A DNA stretch of 64,000 nt from assembly GCA_021824575.1 (NCBI GenBank), contig JAKAKJ010000082.1, positions 50,211 through 114,210 on the forward strand. Direction: 5' to 3'. Shown in pieces: positions 37,316 through 47,115 of this stretch. Source of the DNA: Chloroflexota bacterium (GTDB lineage Bacteria; Chloroflexota; Anaerolineae; Anaerolineales; Villigracilaceae). Under the pieces are notes generated by a model, which had not been told where the DNA came from, searched no databases, and saw only the letters and a program-made list of their open reading frames with translations. Position 1 is the stretch's first letter, and each line of letters starts with the position of its first letter. Position numbers and translations under genes: made by a program.

Positions 37316-38191
37316 ATGGATTTTCTCAAACGCTTCTGGCCTTTGTTCTTTGATTATCTCCTGATCTCCCTCGGTTCGGCGGTGCAGGCAATCGGTTTGC
37401 GCCTGTTCCTGGTTCCTGCGAATCTTGCCAGCGGAGGCGTGACCGGAATTTCCCAACTCATCAACCATTTTACAAAATGGCCGATTGGTGCGATGGTGCT
37501 GATCGGCAACATCCCGCTTTTCATTTTGGGATGGCGTTTTCTTGGCGGACGGCGCTTCGCGCTCCGCACCGCGTTCGCCGTTGCGGTGTATTCCGTTATC
37601 GTTGATTTGATTCCCCGGCTGAATCTTTTTCCCGCCAACGGCATCACCGATGACATTTTCCTCAACTCGCTCTACGGGGCGGTGGTCAGCGGCGTGGGGT
37701 ATGGGCTTGTCTACCGCGCCCGCGGTACGAGCGGCGGTTCCGACATTCTTGCGCGGATTCTGAATCATTATCGCGGCGTTTCGATGACGCAAAGTTATTT
37801 GATGGTTGATTCGGCGGTGATCCTTGCGGCGGGCTTTGTCTTCGGCTGGAAGCAGGCGCTGTACGCGATCATCACACTTTACGTGAGCGGACTGGTATCA
37901 GAGTTGACCCTCGAAGGTTCGGGAACCGTCCGCACCGCGCTCATCATCACGTCCAAGCCTGACCTCGTTTCCCAGCGTGTGCTGGATGAGTTGGAGCGCG
38001 GCGTGACGATCCTTCAAGGAACCGGCGCATATACCGGCGAAGATCGTCCCGTGCTCTATTCCGTAATTACGCGCTCTGAGGTCGTCCAACTAAAAACGAT
38101 TGTTCAGGAAATTGATCCGCTGGCATTTATTGTTATTGGTCAGGCGTATGAAGCATTGGGTGAAGGCTTCAAACCGCTAATCAAATCGTAG
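37316..38191 (+). CDS. YitT-family membrane protein (DUF2179 C-terminal domain)
   Basis: SGGVTGISQL, GGSDILA and a C-terminal VTILQGTGAYTGEDRPVLYSVITRSEV pattern. Confidence 0.8.
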   Translation: MDFLKRFWPLFFDYLLISLGSAVQAIGLRLFLVPANLASGGVTGISQLINHFTKWPIGAMVLIGNIPLFILGWRFLGGRRFALRTAFAVAVYSVIVDLIPRLNLFPANGITDDIFLNSLYGAVVSGVGYGLVYRARGTSGGSDILARILNHYRGVSMTQSYLMVDSAVILAAGFVFGWKQALYAIITLYVSGLVSELTLEGSGTVRTALIITSKPDLVSQRVLDELERGVTILQGTGAYTGEDRPVLYSVITRSEVVQLKTIVQEIDPLAFIVIGQAYEALGEGFKPLIKS

Positions 38192-38247
38192 GGCTTTCTG
38201 GCACAAACAGTGGCATGAGAGAAATATATTGCTCTGACAAACGGCAC

Positions 38248-38277
38248 TTGACAACGCGTACTCAAAAAAGTTAAAGT
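38248..38277 (+). promoter_or_regulatory. Candidate sigma70-type promoter for the lipoprotein/decarboxylase operon
   Basis: TTGACA (38248-38253), 17-18 nt spacer, then TTAAAG/TAAAGT. Sequence match only. Confidence 0.3.
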
Positions 38278-38303
38278 GGAATCGGCCAATAAGGGAGGCC
38301 GTT

Positions 38304-38888
38304 ATGTTGAAACGCGTGCTACCGTTCCTTCCACTATTGGTAATTCTTGTTTTTACCGCTTGTTCGTCAGTATCACCGCAGCAAGGTGGGATTTCCCCGG
38401 AAGAAGTGACCGCTGTTATTCAAACCATGACAGCTGCTTTATGGACGCCCACGCCTTCTTTGACGCCGGAGCCGGATTCGCGAACTATCACCGATCTGCT
38501 GAATGGCGTGATGATCGGTTCAGACCCTCTGAGCGAAACCATTGAGGCAAAGTTCAATGTGCTCGATGTGCGCTTTCCGATTGAGCCAAACTCCAAAAAA
38601 GTTGTGACGATGCAGATGGACGTTGAGTGCGAATGGATATTTACCGATAACTGCACGCCGGAGGAAACTTTTGTCCATTTGATGAAAGGTTTTGATCCCA
38701 AAAGCAAGTTGATAGACAAAATAAGCGCTCAAGTTCCTCCCACAGTCAAGATCGTGGAGGTGACTACATTCAACCACAGGGTGCAGAACGGCAAGATCAT
38801 TGTCAATTGGCAGGATATGGTGGATTTTGCGACTGGTAAAATCAACGGGAATCAATTGGGTTCGCGAATTGTGAGGCTCACACATTAG
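38304..38888 (+). CDS. Hypothetical lipoprotein
   Basis: Lipobox LVFTAC-S. 194 aa, no family recognised. Its stop lies 2 nt before the next start. Confidence 0.6.
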   Translation: MLKRVLPFLPLLVILVFTACSSVSPQQGGISPEEVTAVIQTMTAALWTPTPSLTPEPDSRTITDLLNGVMIGSDPLSETIEAKFNVLDVRFPIEPNSKKVVTMQMDVECEWIFTDNCTPEETFVHLMKGFDPKSKLIDKISAQVPPTVKIVEVTTFNHRVQNGKIIVNWQDMVDFATGKINGNQLGSRIVRLTH

Positions 38889-38890
38889 TC

Positions 38891-39877
38891 ATGTCCGCTA
38901 TCACTGCCCAGGCTTTACCAAATATCGCCTTCATTAAATATTGGGGAAATCGGGATGAAAAATTGCGCCTGCCGGTTAACGGATCCATCTCGATGAATCT
39001 GGATGGACTGTTCACGCGCACGACGGTGAGCTTTCAGCCGTCGCTGCCATTCGACGAATTGGTGATCAATGGACACGATGTCGCTGGCCCGGGGTTGGAT
39101 CGCGTTTCGGCCATTCTCGATTTGGTTCGTGGGATGGCGAAGATCGAAGAACGCGCAGAAGTCGTCAGTGAGAATAATTTTCCGTCTGGCGCAGGGATTG
39201 CTTCATCAGCGTCGGCGTTCGCGGCGCTGGCGTTGGCCGCGAGCAAAGCGGCTGGACTCGAATTGAGCGAACGCGAGTTCTCGCGTTTGGCGCGGCGCGG
39301 ATCTGGATCGGCGGCGCGTTCCGTTCCTGCTGGTTTTGTAGAATGGCAGGCCGGAACAAGCGATGAAGATTCTTTTGCGTTCTCGATTGCGCCGCCCGAG
39401 CATTGGGCTTTGATGGACTGCATTGCCGTGATCAGCGCGGCGCACAAGAAAACCGGGTCCACTGAGGGACATGCATTGGCTGGCACGAGTCCGCTGCAAG
39501 CCGCGCGTGTGGGGGATGCGCCTCGCCGCCTCGATATTTGCCGGCGCGCGATTCTCGAACGCGATTTCGAGGCGTTAGCGTCAGTTGTTGAATTGGATTC
39601 GGATATGATGCACGCGGTGATGATGACTTCTTCGCCTGCGCTGCATTACTGGCAGTCAGCCAGTTTGGCGGTGATGCAAGCCGCCCGGCAATGGCGCGGA
39701 GACGGGATTCCAGCCTGTTACACGGTGGATGCCGGGGCGAACGTCCACGTCATTTGTCCCGAAAAAGAAGCGAAAGAGATTGCGACGCGTCTTCGCCTCA
39801 TCCAAGGCGTCACGGATGTGCTCACGGCTCGCGTCGGAGGTCCGGCAAAATTTCTGGAGGAAAATCTGGGGGATTAG
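38891..39877 (+). CDS. Diphosphomevalonate/phosphomevalonate decarboxylase (GHMP kinase fold)
   Basis: NIAFIKYWGNRDEKLRLPVNGSISMNL, GAGIASSASAFAALALA, SGSAARS and YTVDAGANVH. Confidence 0.85.
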   Translation: MSAITAQALPNIAFIKYWGNRDEKLRLPVNGSISMNLDGLFTRTTVSFQPSLPFDELVINGHDVAGPGLDRVSAILDLVRGMAKIEERAEVVSENNFPSGAGIASSASAFAALALAASKAAGLELSEREFSRLARRGSGSAARSVPAGFVEWQAGTSDEDSFAFSIAPPEHWALMDCIAVISAAHKKTGSTEGHALAGTSPLQAARVGDAPRRLDICRRAILERDFEALASVVELDSDMMHAVMMTSSPALHYWQSASLAVMQAARQWRGDGIPACYTVDAGANVHVICPEKEAKEIATRLRLIQGVTDVLTARVGGPAKFLEENLGD

Positions 39878-39964
39878 AGTCGTAAGGCACAAACGGGGAA
39901 CATTATCTATATCTCTGTTCATTTACCGCTCATGTAACGCGGATATAATAATTGCGAGTTGACT

Positions 39965-41422
39965 ATGAATATTACACTTCTTTCCGGTTTGATTTTTGTG
40001 GCTGTGTTCGCGGGCGTGGTTTTCATCCACGAATTCGGCCATTTTATCGTGTCGAAGTTGCTGAAGGTCGAAGTCGAGGAATTCGGCTTTGGATTCCCGC
40101 CGCGCATGTTGACGCTGTGGCGTCAAAAAGGTTACCTTCTGCTAAAAAGCGGACAACGTCTCGAAATTCCGCGTTCGTTCGGTTTGTCCGGATGGTCAGC
40201 GGTTCTCGATCACGAGTTGAAAATTACTGCGGATCGCGAGGACAATAAATTGATCCTGCGGACGCTCGAATGGACAGAGACAACGCCAGGGAAAAAGAAT
40301 ACAAATTCCGCCGATCCGCTCAAGAATGTGGATATTTCGATTGACCCATCGGGCCATGTGATTGACAAGTCGCTGGATAAAACGGCCGAGCGTAAAGTTA
40401 CGATTGGATCGCAGGCTGGCGCAATCGAGCTAAAAGATGTTATCGCGGAGGCGCATCCCGGCACGGAATTCACTCTCAACTGGCTGCCGCTTGGCGGTTT
40501 CGTCCGGCCCAAAGGCGAGAACGATCCGACCGTTCCGGGCGGTTTGGCCGCCTCCAGTCCGTGGACGCGGCTGGCTGTGCTTTTTGCGGGACCGACCATG
40601 AATCTTTTGTTGGGTGTGATCGTTTTCAGTTTTCTGTTCTTCCAAATGGGAGTGCCCGATTACACCAAAGTGCAGATTCAAGACGTGCTGGCCGGTTCGC
40701 CCGCGCAGCAAGCGGGCATTCAAGTCAATGATGTGGTGTTGACCGCGAACGGCATTGCCATCACCGACGCGACCCAACTGCATGACATTATTTATGCCAA
40801 TCTTGATAAACCGGTTTTGCTTACGCTCAAACGCGGCAATCAAACTGTCAGCGTCACGGTGACGCCGTTAAGTTCGCGCCCGCAAAGCCAGGGCGCTGTC
40901 GGTATTTCGATGGGGCCAATGATGGTTCAGTCTGGTTCGGTCATCGAGTCGCTTCAATTCGGCACGCTGGCCGTTTATGAACAAACGCGCGCGCTGATTT
41001 TGCTCCCATCGCAGATGCTGCGCGGACAAGTCAGTTCACAGGACAGCCGCTTCATCGGCTTAAAAGGAATTTACGACCTCTTCGGCCAGGCGGTCAGCCG
41101 CGATGTTCAGAGCCGCGAGCCTACTGCTTCGACTTCAAGTTCACCCGCCGCACCGACCTCGCCGCAAACGCCGACATATTTCACCATCCAACTGATCGGC
41201 ATTCTGACCATCAGCCTCGGCGTTTTGAATCTTTTCCCGTTTCCCGCCTTGGACGGCGGACGCATCCTTTTTGTGCTGCCTGAACTCATCATCCGCAAAC
41301 GTATTCCGACCGCGTGGGAAAACAGCATCAACGCCATCGGCATGGCGATCCTTTTGCTGTTCATGCTTTACGTCAACGTGATGGACTTTGTAAACCCGGC
41401 CGTAATTAATTTACCGAAATGA
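39965..41422 (+). CDS. RseP-like site-2 (M50) zinc metalloprotease with PDZ domain
   Basis: HEFGHFIV (HExxH), PDZ (GSPAQQAGIQVNDVVLTANG) and LNLFPFPALDGG. ATG at 39965; the ORF-track TTG is at 39959. Confidence 0.85.
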   Translation: MNITLLSGLIFVAVFAGVVFIHEFGHFIVSKLLKVEVEEFGFGFPPRMLTLWRQKGYLLLKSGQRLEIPRSFGLSGWSAVLDHELKITADREDNKLILRTLEWTETTPGKKNTNSADPLKNVDISIDPSGHVIDKSLDKTAERKVTIGSQAGAIELKDVIAEAHPGTEFTLNWLPLGGFVRPKGENDPTVPGGLAASSPWTRLAVLFAGPTMNLLLGVIVFSFLFFQMGVPDYTKVQIQDVLAGSPAQQAGIQVNDVVLTANGIAITDATQLHDIIYANLDKPVLLTLKRGNQTVSVTVTPLSSRPQSQGAVGISMGPMMVQSGSVIESLQFGTLAVYEQTRALILLPSQMLRGQVSSQDSRFIGLKGIYDLFGQAVSRDVQSREPTASTSSSPAAPTSPQTPTYFTIQLIGILTISLGVLNLFPFPALDGGRILFVLPELIIRKRIPTAWENSINAIGMAILLLFMLYVNVMDFVNPAVINLPK

Positions 41423-42381
41423 CAACCAAAAAAACTTCCTTCGAAAAAGCAATGGATGAACTGCTGGACGAGGCGCATGATCTGTCGCGCCGTTCCTTGC
41501 AGGAATTTTCGGACATTGATCCCGCTTCGCTCAAAATGCTGATGGCGGGCTGGCCCCGCGTCAAACCGGAGCGGAGGCGGCTCCTGCTCGATAAGCTTCA
41601 GGATGTTGCTGACAACGACACGCTCGTCTGCTTCGACGATTTTGCGCGCGCCATGCTCACCGATGACGATTCGCAAGTGCGGGCCCGCGCCATTCGTTTA
41701 TTGGCCGAATGTGACGATGCGAAGCTCGCCGCGTCTTTTATCAAAATTCTTGCAAGCGATGATGATGTAAACACGCGCACGGAAGCCGCATTCGCGCTTG
41801 GAAAATATGTCGAGCTGGGCGAACTGGAAGAAATCCCGGAAAAGACTCGACGCCAGGTGGAAGATGCGCTGTTGGAAAAAGTCAACAGCGAGGACAAATC
41901 AGGTGTCAGGCGCGTTGCGTTGGAGGCGCTGGGTTATTCATCACGCCCGGAAGTTCTCACGTTGATCGAATCCTCTTTCCGCCGCGAAGATCCTGAATGG
42001 CAGGCCAGCGCCTTGCGTGCCATGGGAAATTCGTCCGATGAGCGCTGGGAGGAGCAAGTCATCTCGCACATGCTGGATGTGAATCCGCACGTGCGGCTGG
42101 CTGCTGTCGAAGCCGCGGGCGACTTGGGACTGTCGGCCGCGCGAATGCTTTTGTTCAAAGTCCTGGAAGACGAAGATGACGATGATGTTGTCGGAGCCGC
42201 GATCTGGTCACTTTCACAAATTGGCGGCGAGGATGTGCGTATCTTCATCGAAAATCTGATTGACCGGGCTGAAGATGATGAACAAACTGAGTTCCTTGAG
42301 GATGCTTTGGATAATCTCGCGTTCACCGAAGATATGAGCCACTTTGATCTAATGTCTTTCGACGCGGACGAGGAAGAATAA
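41419..42381 (+). CDS. Acidic HEAT-repeat protein
   Basis: Repeated VR..A...L helical repeats. Very acidic C-terminus. ATGA overlap with the protease gene. Confidence 0.65.
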   Translation: MTTKKTSFEKAMDELLDEAHDLSRRSLQEFSDIDPASLKMLMAGWPRVKPERRRLLLDKLQDVADNDTLVCFDDFARAMLTDDDSQVRARAIRLLAECDDAKLAASFIKILASDDDVNTRTEAAFALGKYVELGELEEIPEKTRRQVEDALLEKVNSEDKSGVRRVALEALGYSSRPEVLTLIESSFRREDPEWQASALRAMGNSSDERWEEQVISHMLDVNPHVRLAAVEAAGDLGLSAARMLLFKVLEDEDDDDVVGAAIWSLSQIGGEDVRIFIENLIDRAEDDEQTEFLEDALDNLAFTEDMSHFDLMSFDADEEE

Positions 42382-42400
42382 ATTCTTTCGTTTATAAATC

Positions 42401-42440
42401 AACCGCGAAGCTATCGAATCGAGCTTCGCGGTTTTCGTTT
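42401..42440 (+). terminator. Intrinsic terminator after the HEAT-repeat gene
   Basis: AACCGCGAAGC (42401-42411) pairs with GCTTCGCGGTT (42423-42433), followed by TTCGTTT. Confidence 0.65.
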
Positions 42441-42483
42441 CCAGGTCATCGCTCACCCCCCCGTCACGGCGGCACAAAAATTT

Positions 42484-42541
42484 ATCGCAAAACTCGCGAA
42501 GAACGCAAAGAGAACTTAAAAAACTTGGCGGCCTTTGCGAC
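42484..42541. repeat. REP-like family 2, copy B (CGCGAAG/CGCAAAG ... CCTTTGCG)
   Basis: ATCGCAAAACTCGCGAAGAACGCAAAGAG ... GGCGGCCTTTGCGAC in an intergenic region. Confidence 0.45.
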
Positions 42542-42620
42542 TAAGCAGCTTTGGAGAATCTTGAGAATTCGATTTGGATATTTTCACACTTCCCTGTAAA
42601 ATACACGGCGCGGATACTTC

Positions 42621-43538
42621 ATGTTTATCAACGAACTACTGACAACCTTTGCTGACAATCTGCTGCCCATCCTGCTGATCGGCGGGGCGGGCTTTTTGCT
42701 TGGCAAATCCCTCTATGTCGAATCTCGCGCGCTGGGCCGCGTCGTCTTTTACATTTTCAGCCCAATCCTCGTTTTCGATTTGCTGGTCAATACCAAACTC
42801 GATTCGGCTCAGATTTTCACTACCATGGGATTCTCCATTTCTGTGGCTTGTATGGTCGGTTCATTGGCTTTCGTGGTTGGAAAAATGCTTGGCTTCGAGC
42901 GCCCCACCCTGATGGCAATGATCCTGACATCTGCGTTTGGCAATACAGGCAATTACGGACTGCCGCTGGTTTCCTTTGCATTCGGCAAGGACGCGCTGGC
43001 TTTTGCCACGATATATTTCGTCACTAATTCCATCATGTTCAATACCGTCGGCGTGTTGATTGCCTCGCTCGGTCACATGGACTTCAAAACTGCCGTGCTC
43101 GGCCTGTTCAAAGTCCCAACGGTGTATGCGGTTACCGTGGCCGCATTGTTGAATCGCTTCCAAATAGTTTTGCCGCTGCCGCTGGCGCGCACGGTTGACC
43201 TGGCATCCAATGGCAGCATTCCGGTGATGATTGTTCTGCTCGGCCTTGAACTTTCGCGCGTCCAATGGTCGCATAGTTTTCGCGCGATGGGACTCAGCGC
43301 AGCGCTGCGTTTGTTGGGCGGGCCGGCAGCGGCGCTCCTGCTCGCGATTCCATTTGGATGGCACGGTGTGGCGCGGCAGGCCAATGTGCTCGAAGCCTCC
43401 ATGCCAGCCGCGGTGACGAATACAGTATTGGCAACAGAATATGGACTCGATACATCGCTCGTCACTGCCACGGTTTTTATCGGGACGATTTTGAGTCCGC
43501 TCACGCTGACGCCGTTGCTGGTATATTTAAGCAGGTAA
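42621..43538 (+). CDS. AEC (auxin efflux carrier) family transporter
   Basis: 305 aa with ~10 TM segments and the family-typical GNTGNYGLPL motif. Confidence 0.8.
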   Translation: MFINELLTTFADNLLPILLIGGAGFLLGKSLYVESRALGRVVFYIFSPILVFDLLVNTKLDSAQIFTTMGFSISVACMVGSLAFVVGKMLGFERPTLMAMILTSAFGNTGNYGLPLVSFAFGKDALAFATIYFVTNSIMFNTVGVLIASLGHMDFKTAVLGLFKVPTVYAVTVAALLNRFQIVLPLPLARTVDLASNGSIPVMIVLLGLELSRVQWSHSFRAMGLSAALRLLGGPAAALLLAIPFGWHGVARQANVLEASMPAAVTNTVLATEYGLDTSLVTATVFIGTILSPLTLTPLLVYLSR

Positions 43539-43549
43539 CTTGCCTCACG

Positions 43550-43620
43550 CAGTGTCATTCTGAGCGAAGCGAAGAATCTGATTTTTTATGCGAAGAGACC
43601 TCTCGCTGCGCTCACATCGT
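43550..43620. repeat. Imperfect inverted repeat GTCATTCTGAGCGAAGCGAAGAATC ... TCTCGCTGCGCTCACA (REP-like family 4)
   Basis: The arms match 13/18 when reverse-complemented, with a T-rich loop. The element translates as HSERSEES in the spurious N-terminal extension of ORF 43358. Confidence 0.5.
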
Positions 43621-43660
43621 CCCGATATCCTTCGGGAGGGTGACATCGGTAAATAGAGAT

Positions 43661-44869
43661 ATGCAGCGAACACGCGCACTTTTCTTTCTTCTAGCCTGGA
43701 TCACGTTCGGGTTCACGCGCCCGCCTCAAGTCCAGAGCGGACTCGATGTGAACAACGTCGGCGTTGTGTACAACTTTGGCCAGCAGATCACATTCAGAGC
43801 GCGGCTCACTTCATCCATCCCCATCACGCAGGCAACCATTTCATTCCGCGAGGTCAACGAGCAGAACACACGCGTCGAACCGCTCGCGCTTGCATCCGAT
43901 GGAACGACCGCATATCAATATGACGCGTCGCAGAATCTCATCCCGCCTTTTGCGACAATTGTCTTTTCGTTTCAAGCCACGCTTGCGAACGGCGGCACGG
44001 TTTCAAGTCCCACCTATAATTTTCGTTACGACGATAACCGTTTCAATTGGAAAACCTTAACAGACGGCCCAATTCGCGCGCACTGGTATGAAGGCGATGA
44101 CGCGTTCGGCCATGCCGCGCTCGATGCAGCGCGCGGCGGCTTGCAGTTTGTGAATCAAATTGTGCCGGTCTCGCTCAACAGTCCGCTCGATGTTTACGTT
44201 TATGCCAATGCCAGTGATCTTCAAAGCGCACTGCAGCTTGGCGGACGCTCGTGGGTGGCTGGTCATGCAGACCCGACGCTGGGCGTTGTGATGGTGTCTG
44301 TGACTCCCGGCGATACGCAAACCATCGAATTGCAAAGACAGATTCCGCATGAACTCGCGCATGTAATGTTGTATCGCAATCTCGGAGCCGGATACAATCG
44401 TTTGCCGGTCTGGTTGAACGAAGGCATCGCATCCATCGCGGAACTTTATCCGAACCCTGATTATGCGAGCGCGCTAAAAGCCGCGAGTCAAAACAATACA
44501 CTACTCCCATTTTCGGATTTGTGCGCTTCGTTCCCCGCCGATAGTGGAGGCGCGTTTTTAGCTTATGCCGAGTCTGAATCCTTTGTCCGTTACCTGCGCG
44601 ATACATATGGTAATACCGGCCTCGTGGCTTTGGCCAAGGCCTATGTCGACGGACTTGATTGCAATCTCGGGACCATGCGGGCGGTCGGCGTGCCGTTGAA
44701 TGTGTTGGAAACGCGCTGGCGCGCGTATGTTTCTGGCGAAAGCGTGGCGAGCATTGCCGCGTTCAATTTATTGCCGTACGTTATTTTCCTCGGCCTGACG
44801 CTGATCGTCCCGATTTGGGGCGCCCTCGATATTCTGCGCGAAAGGAGACGCAATGCCCGATCCAAATGA
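43661..44869 (+). CDS. Peptidase-MA-like (gluzincin) metalloprotease with C-terminal TM anchor
   Basis: Start at ATG 43661 (MQRTRALFFLLAWITFGF signal). HELAHV plus downstream NEGIAS. Terminal TM followed by an RRR tail. Confidence 0.7.
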   Translation: MQRTRALFFLLAWITFGFTRPPQVQSGLDVNNVGVVYNFGQQITFRARLTSSIPITQATISFREVNEQNTRVEPLALASDGTTAYQYDASQNLIPPFATIVFSFQATLANGGTVSSPTYNFRYDDNRFNWKTLTDGPIRAHWYEGDDAFGHAALDAARGGLQFVNQIVPVSLNSPLDVYVYANASDLQSALQLGGRSWVAGHADPTLGVVMVSVTPGDTQTIELQRQIPHELAHVMLYRNLGAGYNRLPVWLNEGIASIAELYPNPDYASALKAASQNNTLLPFSDLCASFPADSGGAFLAYAESESFVRYLRDTYGNTGLVALAKAYVDGLDCNLGTMRAVGVPLNVLETRWRAYVSGESVASIAAFNLLPYVIFLGLTLIVPIWGALDILRERRRNARSK

Positions 44870-45149
44870 AATTGTCCGCGCCCATGTGTGGGTGAAGGGA
44901 CGCGTGCAGAACGTCGGCTTCCGCGCGCATGTGGAATACAGCGCAAGTCTGATCGGCGTCACGGGCTGGGTGCGGAATGTTGGCTACGATACCGTCGAAG
45001 CCGTGGCGGAAGGCCCGCGCGAAAAAGTTGATCGTTTTATCGAAGCGATGAAAGAAGGTCCGCGCGGCGCGCGCGTGGATGAATCAAGAATCGAATGGGA
45101 AAATGTAACGGGTGAGTTTAAAGAGTTTGGCGTGAAGAGAAGCATGTGA
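44853..45149 (+). CDS. acyP: Acylphosphatase
   Basis: VWVKGRVQNVGFRAHV ... GWVRN..DG.VE ... GP..A.V. Overlaps the upstream gene by 17 nt. Confidence 0.85.
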   Translation: MPDPNEIVRAHVWVKGRVQNVGFRAHVEYSASLIGVTGWVRNVGYDTVEAVAEGPREKVDRFIEAMKEGPRGARVDESRIEWENVTGEFKEFGVKRSM

Positions 45150-45167
45150 TTATTTCATGCTTGACTT

Positions 45168-46418
45168 TTATCGCAATGAGTAAAGATAGCCATCTTTGGT
45201 AGAAAAGTAAGCTTTACCATTTGATATTACTACTTCTGAGTAAATTGTGCTGTCAGCTTTGAAGTTCCATAACTCCTTGCTTGTTGTATCTATTGCATGG
45301 ACAGTCCCATCCTCGTCACCAAAATACAAAACATTATTTACCACTGTTGTATCGGTGGAAGCACATGAAGAAAGATGGAGTTTCCAAATCGTATGACCAG
45401 CTGTCGATTCCACAGCATACAGATAACAATCACTTTGTTGGTTATCATCATTTAAGTAATGGGTAAAAGAACCTGTAAAATAAATAGCGTCATTGGCTAT
45501 GGCCACATTCTGGTCAATTGATATTCTGTCAACTGACTTTAAGCTAACTGATGTCAAATCTTGTATCTTAATTTCCCATTTCAACTTTCCATTTTCATCT
45601 ATCGCAAAAACATCACCGTCATTACTCCCAACATATATCGTCCCATTTAATACAGATGGAGAAGAAAGAATAGTTCCAAAGTTTAATTCCCATTTTTCAT
45701 TGCCGGTATCGTCTTCAAGCGCATATAAATAACCATCAAGGCTAGTGAAGTAAATGCTTCTATTTGATATTGCTACTTCAGTTGCTATTCCTCCTGGCAT
45801 TTCATAGTTCGAAGCAGCAGTTGGAGATTTCAATGGTTGTTCTAGGCCATTAGTTTTGAATTTCCATTTTTCTTTGCCTGTCCCGGCATCGAATGCATAT
45901 AAATACCCAGCGAGGTCCCCAATATATACTATGCCATTGGATATCGCTGGTGAGGAAACAATCATGTTACTCATGGCTGGCGAGGAAACAGCCATGTTTT
46001 CCGTTTCAAATTTCCACTTCTCTTTACCATTTTTAGCATCCACGGCAAAAAAAGTATTGCCATACTTACCAGCATAGACTATACCGTTTGATATTGCAGG
46101 TGCACGGCCCGCATATTTTTGTTGATTAAATACCCATTTGATTTTTCTGGAGTTTGCATCAACTGCATATAAAGCTCCTGCTCCATTGGCAAATATCATT
46201 CCCTGCGAAACTATCGGCGAAGAAAGCGCATGATAAGAATCTAATTCTGTTTTCCAATCCAATTGACCAACTGGCAATTGACCATTTGTATTATATGAAC
46301 CAGTCCGCTCTAAGTTTTCCCGATACATAACCCAATCACTACTTGTTGAACTGCATCCAGCTATAGTGATTAGGAAAACTAGAATCAAAATTAGTTTGAG
46401 TAATTTGTTTTTACACAA
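45168..46418 (-). CDS. PQQ-like (BamB-type) beta-propeller repeat lipoprotein in a low-GC cassette
   Basis: Lipobox ITIAGC-S. Repeated G.(I/L)Y.....G.LYA.D..TG...W.F blades. TTG start at 46418 overlaps the radC stop. 32-38% GC in the lines I counted. Confidence 0.8.
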   Translation of the reverse strand: MCKNKLLKLILILVFLITIAGCSSTSSDWVMYRENLERTGSYNTNGQLPVGQLDWKTELDSYHALSSPIVSQGMIFANGAGALYAVDANSRKIKWVFNQQKYAGRAPAISNGIVYAGKYGNTFFAVDAKNGKEKWKFETENMAVSSPAMSNMIVSSPAISNGIVYIGDLAGYLYAFDAGTGKEKWKFKTNGLEQPLKSPTAASNYEMPGGIATEVAISNRSIYFTSLDGYLYALEDDTGNEKWELNFGTILSSPSVLNGTIYVGSNDGDVFAIDENGKLKWEIKIQDLTSVSLKSVDRISIDQNVAIANDAIYFTGSFTHYLNDDNQQSDCYLYAVESTAGHTIWKLHLSSCASTDTTVVNNVLYFGDEDGTVHAIDTTSKELWNFKADSTIYSEVVISNGKAYFSTKDGYLYSLR

Positions 46419-47115
46419 ATCCCAGCCCTCTTTCCTTCATCGAAACGAATTTCCCCAAACCAATAATCAAATGATCTAAAACGTCCACGTCAATCAACTT
46501 GCCTGCCTGCACAAATGCGCGCGTCACGGCCACATCGTCCGGGCTGGGCGTTGGGTCGCCGCTGGGATGATTGTGTACAACGATCAGCGCGGTGGCATTG
46601 CGTCGAATCGCGGCTTTGAACACTTCGCCAACGCGAACCTGCGATGTATTCACCGATCCGCGATAGACCTCGACGATGTCCAAAACATGATTGCGCGTGT
46701 CGAGCAACAGCACGCGCAGATGCTCCTGTTCCAATGCGGACATTTCATATTGCACCAGCGCGGCAGCGTCTGCGGGCGAATTGATGGTCGGACGTTCCTC
46801 CGGTGATTCGAGAGTCAACCGTCTGCCCAATTCAATCGCGGCCTTGATCTGCGCGGCTTTGGCTTCGCCGATTCCATGCTGATTCATCAGTTCCTCGAAC
46901 GGTGCGCGATGCAATCCGCTGAGTCCGCCGAATTGTTGAAGCAGGCGCTGTCCAACCTGGACCGCGTTCTCGCCGGTCACACCAACGCGCAAGAGGATGG
47001 CGATCAATTCGGCGTTGGTCAAGGCCTGAGGTCCGAGTGATGCGAGACGCTCGCGCGGCCGTTCGGTCTCGTGTAAGTCCGTGATGCGGTAAGCGGGTTT
47101 AGTCGGCTCAGTCAT
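46411..47115 (-). CDS. radC: RadC-family JAB/MPN-domain protein
   Basis: HhH region ([14 protein letters not shown]-like) and JAMM motif [14 protein letters not shown]. Confidence 0.85.
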   Translation of the reverse strand: MTEPTKPAYRITDLHETERPRERLASLGPQALTNAELIAILLRVGVTGENAVQVGQRLLQQFGGLSGLHRAPFEELMNQHGIGEAKAAQIKAAIELGRRLTLESPEERPTINSPADAAALVQYEMSALEQEHLRVLLLDTRNHVLDIVEVYRGSVNTSQVRVGEVFKAAIRRNATALIVVHNHPSGDPTPSPDDVAVTRAFVQAGKLIDVDVLDHLIIGLGKFVSMKERGLGFV

